Assembly: GCA_009926195.1 (NCBI GenBank) | Contig: RFPK01000001.1 | Location: forward strand, 1 to 32,310 | Length of the DNA stretch: 32,310 nucleotides | Direction: 5' to 3' | Origin: Synechococcaceae bacterium WB4_1_0192 | Lineage (GTDB): Bacteria > Cyanobacteriota > Cyanobacteriia > PCC-6307 > Cyanobiaceae | Position numbers and translations under genes: made by a program | Shown here: piece after piece, positions 28,087 through 32,310 of the stretch | Numbering within the stretch: the stretch's first letter is position 1 | Layout: the number at the start of each line of letters is the position of its first letter | Notes under the pieces: generated by a model | Told to the model about the DNA's origin: nothing | The model's database searches: none | What the model saw: the letters and a program-made list of their open reading frames with translations, nothing else

Positions 28087-30645
28087 TCAGCGCTTCTGCA
28101 CCAGGGTGCCCCGGGTCACGCCAAGGCGGCTGTCGAGCTGTTCCTGCTGCCAGACCTGGCGGCCGCTGACCTCACCGACCAGGGCGCGACGGTAGAGATC
28201 GAGGCGTCGCAGGCTGTCGGATCCGTTCTCCTGCAGCAACTCCAGGCGGAAGTGGCGCACGCCGGCCGCCAGGAAGGCCGGAATCGCCTCGGCGGCCGTC
28301 TGGGCGCGGCCGTTGAACAGGGTGTTGCGGCAACCCAGGTCGGCGCGCAGCGGATGCTCGGCACCGCTGCGATCGCGCAGCAGCACCGTGTGCTGCTCGC
28401 AGGGGCGGCCGCAATCGGTGTGGTCGTGGCCGTCGGAAAGGAAGGCGCAGAACAGGCAGTGCTCCATGTGGAACAGGGGCATGTGCTGGTGCAGGGTGAC
28501 CTCCACCGACCCGGGCGGGCAGCCATCCACCAGGGCGAGCAGCTGATCGAGGGCCAGGTCGTAGCTGGCGGTGATCCGCTCCAGCCCCCAGCGCTGCAGG
28601 AACCAGCGAGCGGTGAGCGGATTGGCCACGTTCAGGGAGAAATCAGCCAGGCACGGCGCCAGGGGTGTGAGCCGTTCGAGTTGATCGGCATTGCGCACCA
28701 GGTAGCCGTCAGGGTCAGCCCGCAGCAACGGCTCCAGACTCCAGGCCTCATCTGGACGCACGATGCGTTGGCCCGCCAGCCAGATCCCACCGGGCCAGGC
28801 CCCGCGGCCGAGGGCTACGGCCTGGCGTAGCTCAGCGGGGTTCTCCAGATCGGCGATCACGCGATGGACGGGCTGATCGCGCAGGGCCTGCAGCTGCTCA
28901 AGGCTGCGCACCAGCACGCTCAGTTGGGTCTGCTGCGGCAAAGACGGCGGATCTGGCGATCCCTGCCAGACGACCGAGACGGGATCGGCAGGGCTGTCGC
29001 CAGCGCCGTGGCAGGTAGATCGATCCGGCGATGGCACCAGCTGCGCGGCGACGGCCTGATCGAGCAGATCCACCAGCTCCCGCCGCAGCCGGTTCAGGGC
29101 CGCCACCGGCAGGAACAGATCGGGAGCCAGATCCAGCTCCAGATCACCCAGCTGCCAGGCCGTGCCACCGAGGCGTCCGAGCTGCTGACGCAGCCGATCG
29201 GCATCGAGGCCGGCGGACCGGGAGGGCTGCAGCAGCTGGGTGGATCGCACGCACCAGGGACCTCCGACGAGACCAGCCAGCGACGCCACCTGCAGCTGCA
29301 GGGGCTGTCCATCAGCACCGCTGACGCGCAGATCGAGCAGGCGGGCACGCTCGGGCACCGGCCGATCGACCAGGCGCTGCAGGCGTTTCTCCAGCTGGGG
29401 ATCGCTGGTGAGCCAGCAGGGGCTGCCGCGGCGCAGGCCGCGCAGATCCACCCGAGCGGGCCCGAGCCGGAGGGCCTGAAGACCACCGGGTCGGGATTCG
29501 ACCCGCATCAACCGACCGCCCACCTCCCGGGGCGGCAGCAGCGGATCGGAGCTGGGCACCTCCAGCACCACCCCATCACCGGGCCTGAGCTCGGCGCTGC
29601 TGCGCAACAGCAGCCAATCGCCGGACTCCAGGCGCTCCAGGCGGCCAAGCCAGGGGCCGCGCTTCTTGCTCCACCGACCCTGCACCAGGCGGCGATGGTT
29701 CACACCCTCCAGCCAGCCGGTGTGGAGGCCACGCGAAAAACTCAGCTCGAGCTGGCGGCGCAGCCGGGCGGGATCCAGAGGTTCCGGGACCGGGGCGGAG
29801 CTGGCTGGGGTGTCAGCCGGAGCACGCAGCTGATCCAGTCCCTTGCGGTAGGCCTCGGTGACGGCCGCCACGTAGCTGGCCTCCTTCAGGCGGCCCTCGA
29901 TCTTGAGGCTGGCCACCCCCACCTCGTGCAGCTGCGGCAGAAGCTCCCAGGCCGCCAGGTCCTGCGGGGACAGGAGATAGCGCTGTTCACCGAGATCGCG
30001 CTCCTCACCATCGACGATCAGCTGGTAGGGCAGGCGACAGGCCTGGGCGCACTCGCCACGGTTGGCACTGCGCTGGCCAAGGGCCTCACTGGTGAGGCAC
30101 TGCCCGGAGTAGGCCACGCAGAGGGCGCCGTGCACGAACACCTCCAGCGGCATCGCCAGGCCACGGCGCTGCAGCTGCTGCTGGATGCGGGCCAGATCGC
30201 GCAGGGTGAGCTCCCGGGCGAGAACCACCCGCTCACAGCCGAGTTCAGCTGCCATCGCCACCCCTGCCGCACTGGTGATCGACATCTGGGTGGAGCCGTG
30301 CAGCGCCAATCCCGGTGTGACCTCCCGAGCGAGCAGCGCCAGGCCGATGTCCTGGACGATCAGGGCATCGACTCCGGCGGCCTGGGCCTGGCGCAGCAAC
30401 ACGGCGGCCTGCTCCAGCTCATCGGCGAACACCAGCACGTTGAGGGTGAGAAAACCCCGCACGCCACGGGCGTGCAGCCAGGCCATCACCTCCGGCAGAT
30501 CCTCGCGGCTGAAGTTCTCCGCACGCAGGCGAGCGTTGAAGCTCTCCACCCCGAAGTAGACGGCATCAGCGCCATTGGCAACGGCTGCGCGCAACGACGA
30601 CCAGCAGCCGGCCGGCGCCAGCAGTTCCGGCAGGGGATGGGCCAT
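28087..30645 (-). CDS. Peptidase U32 family protein with DUF3656-like region (RlhA-like 23S rRNA C2501 hydroxylase)
   Basis: PELLAPAG, GADAVYFG, HGSTQM, EVFVHGALC-X6-C-X15-C-X3-C Fe-S motif, LKIEGR, QLGRLGGT; 852 aa with a second U32-like C-terminal domain. Confidence 0.88.
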   Translation of the reverse strand: MAHPLPELLAPAGCWSSLRAAVANGADAVYFGVESFNARLRAENFSREDLPEVMAWLHARGVRGFLTLNVLVFADELEQAAVLLRQAQAAGVDALIVQDIGLALLAREVTPGLALHGSTQMSITSAAGVAMAAELGCERVVLARELTLRDLARIQQQLQRRGLAMPLEVFVHGALCVAYSGQCLTSEALGQRSANRGECAQACRLPYQLIVDGEERDLGEQRYLLSPQDLAAWELLPQLHEVGVASLKIEGRLKEASYVAAVTEAYRKGLDQLRAPADTPASSAPVPEPLDPARLRRQLELSFSRGLHTGWLEGVNHRRLVQGRWSKKRGPWLGRLERLESGDWLLLRSSAELRPGDGVVLEVPSSDPLLPPREVGGRLMRVESRPGGLQALRLGPARVDLRGLRRGSPCWLTSDPQLEKRLQRLVDRPVPERARLLDLRVSGADGQPLQLQVASLAGLVGGPWCVRSTQLLQPSRSAGLDADRLRQQLGRLGGTAWQLGDLELDLAPDLFLPVAALNRLRRELVDLLDQAVAAQLVPSPDRSTCHGAGDSPADPVSVVWQGSPDPPSLPQQTQLSVLVRSLEQLQALRDQPVHRVIADLENPAELRQAVALGRGAWPGGIWLAGQRIVRPDEAWSLEPLLRADPDGYLVRNADQLERLTPLAPCLADFSLNVANPLTARWFLQRWGLERITASYDLALDQLLALVDGCPPGSVEVTLHQHMPLFHMEHCLFCAFLSDGHDHTDCGRPCEQHTVLLRDRSGAEHPLRADLGCRNTLFNGRAQTAAEAIPAFLAAGVRHFRLELLQENGSDSLRRLDLYRRALVGEVSGRQVWQQEQLDSRLGVTRGTLVQKR

Positions 30646-31379
30646 CAGCGCTCGAATGCCTGGGCTGACGCGAAGGTTTTCAGCGCATCGGCACTGCCCT
30701 CAAAGCGCCAGTGCCAGGGCTCGTAGCTCACCCCCTGGCGGTTGCCCTGGGGAAAGGAGAGGTGGAAGTGGAAGCGGTTGGCATTGGCCTTCAGCCAGGT
30801 GTAGGCAGCGGTGCGCTCAAACGCGGAGGACAAGTTGGCGGCAGGATCACGGCCATCACCGAGGTCGACGGCATAGCCGGTGCTGTGCTCCGAGAAACCC
30901 GGCGGAGCGCTGACACGGGCCCGCTCGACCGCGCTCTGGTTGCGCTCCGACTTCACATCAAAGAACAGTCGTTTCTGCAGGGCGATCGAACGGAAGGCAC
31001 TGAGCACCCGGATCTCAACCCCATCGGCTGCGGCAGCGGATTGAAGGGCCAGAAGGGCACTGGCGGCGTCGCGATGCAACACGACACCCGGAGCGACCTC
31101 CTGCAGAGAGGTGGCAGGTGCTTCGGGATAGGGGAAATGGCCGAGCAGGCGACCATCAAGGCTGAGACGAGCGCTCAACCCCTGAACCGGCGGCGGAGCG
31201 AGCACGCGGCGAAGGGGCTTGGCAAAGATCAGGGCCAGGGCGCCGGCGCTGAACAACACGGCGCCGCCGCCGGCCAGGGCCATGCGCCAGCTGCGGCGGG
31301 GCCGCAGGGCCGGCGAGAGGGTGCGCTTAGCCAGGGGAATCTCATCCCGCAGGCTGGGGCGCTCAGAAGCGAAGCGCAC
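30645..31379 (-). CDS. D-alanyl-D-alanine carboxypeptidase (peptidase M15B, VanY-like)
   Basis: SAFRS, SEHSTGYAVD (SxHxxGxAxD), YEPWHWRF; N-terminal TM anchor; TGATG overlap with the U32 gene. Start uncertain (GTG 31379 chosen). Confidence 0.88.
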   Translation of the reverse strand: MRFASERPSLRDEIPLAKRTLSPALRPRRSWRMALAGGGAVLFSAGALALIFAKPLRRVLAPPPVQGLSARLSLDGRLLGHFPYPEAPATSLQEVAPGVVLHRDAASALLALQSAAAADGVEIRVLSAFRSIALQKRLFFDVKSERNQSAVERARVSAPPGFSEHSTGYAVDLGDGRDPAANLSSAFERTAAYTWLKANANRFHFHLSFPQGNRQGVSYEPWHWRFEGSADALKTFASAQAFER

Positions 31380-31545
31380 CGCTGCGCGGGAACCCGTGGC
31401 AGGCCGACCGGCGCTAGGCAAGCGAAAACTCCGCAGGCGGCTGGAACAGGTCGATGCTAGGGGGGTGGCCGTCACGCACCAGCGATGACCCACGCAGCGG
31501 TGTTAGCTTCGCCGCCAACATCCTTCTGGCGGAGCGGGTTTCAAG

Positions 31546-32310
31546 ATGTTGCGAGTCGCGGTGGTGGGCGGCGGCCCGAGCGGATCCTGTGCTGCTGAAG
31601 TGCTGGCCAAGGCCGGCATCGAAACCTGGATCTTCGAGCGCAAGCTGGATAACGCCAAGCCCTGTGGCGGCGCCATCCCGTTGTGCATGGTGTCCGAGTT
31701 CGACCTGCCCGAGTCGATCATCGACCGCAAGGTGCGCAACATGAAGATGATCTCCCCCTCCAATCGCGAGGTGGACATCAATCTGGAGAACGAGAACGAA
31801 TACATCGGCATGTGCCGCCGTGAGGTCATGGATGCCTTCCTTCGCAACCGTGCTGCCGAGCTGGGCGCCAATCTGGTGAACGGCCTGGTCACAAAGATCG
31901 ATACCGGCACCAACCGCCAGGGCCCCTACACCCTGACCTACTCCGACTACAGCGGCGGAGAGGCCACCGGCGAGACCAAGACCCTGGAGGTCGACCTGAT
32001 CATCGGCGCTGATGGCGCCAACAGCCGCGTTGCCAAGGCCATGGATGCAGGCGATTACAACGTGGCCATTGCCTTCCAGGAGCGCATCAAATTGCCGCCG
32101 GAAGAGATGAAGTATTACGAAAGCCTGGCTGAGATGTATGTCGGCACCGATGTCTCGCCTGACTTCTACGCCTGGGTCTTCCCCAAGTACGACCACGTGG
32201 CCGTCGGCACCGGCACGATGCAGGAAAATCAGGCCCTGATCAAGAGCCTCCAGGAGGGCATCCGTGAGCGTGCCAAGAAGCGCCTGGTCAATGGGGAAGT
32301 GATCAAGGTC
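31546..32310 (+). CDS. chlP: Geranylgeranyl reductase (3' end outside window); not in ORF track
   Basis: ATG 31546: MLRVAVVGGGPSGSCAAEVLAKAGIETWIFERKLDNAKPCGGAIPLCM...GADGANSRVAK...SPDFYAWVFPKYDHVAVGTG, open to the window end. Confidence 0.96.
   Translation, partial: MLRVAVVGGGPSGSCAAEVLAKAGIETWIFERKLDNAKPCGGAIPLCMVSEFDLPESIIDRKVRNMKMISPSNREVDINLENENEYIGMCRREVMDAFLRNRAAELGANLVNGLVTKIDTGTNRQGPYTLTYSDYSGGEATGETKTLEVDLIIGADGANSRVAKAMDAGDYNVAIAFQERIKLPPEEMKYYESLAEMYVGTDVSPDFYAWVFPKYDHVAVGTGTMQENQALIKSLQEGIRERAKKRLVNGEVIKV

Noticed and set aside
2597-28375. Scattered HIP1 octamers (GCGATCGC)
   Set aside because: Only a handful were noticed, dispersed in coding sequence. This is an ordinary cyanobacterial feature and enrichment cannot be judged by eye.
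28864-30726. Long ORF-track ORFs antisense to real genes (e.g. 620 aa here; also 2324-3376, 8496-9869, 16092-17306)
   Set aside because: These are shadow frames typical of high-GC coding DNA. They have no motifs and fully overlap well-supported genes on the opposite strand.
1-32310. Mobile elements, CRISPR arrays, tRNA/rRNA genes, defence systems
   Set aside because: No transposase, integrase, RT or nuclease motifs, regularly spaced repeats or cloverleaf sequences were found.

Overview
This is a high-GC picocyanobacterial (Cyanobium/freshwater Synechococcus-like) chromosomal window, almost fully coding. The left end is an accessory-looking block: a partial alpha/beta hydrolase, two tandem high-light-inducible proteins (one missed by the ORF track), a Na+/K+-ATPase-like P-type pump and an APC permease. 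Core genes follow: 2-Cys peroxiredoxin, S66 LD-carboxypeptidase, purQ/purS, a cobalamin-riboswitch-controlled hupE/ureJ-cobW operon, a pentapeptide protein, upp, ilvD, CIA30-pgl-gnd, glgC, hemA, glpX, rpe, ccsB, lptF/G-lptB-lptA, DUF309, typA, a U32/RlhA-like protein, a VanY-like carboxypeptidase and the start of chlP. The most notable anomalies are: (1) typA carries an internal out-of-frame deletion; (2) a densely structured ~300-nt non-coding region with repeated motifs lies upstream of typA; (3) a probable 1-nt frameshift separates a signal peptide from a small conserved protein; (4) Upp and the P-type ATPase have altered key motifs. No CRISPR array, tRNA/rRNA or mobile element was seen. 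All calls come from motif recognition only; no database searches were run.
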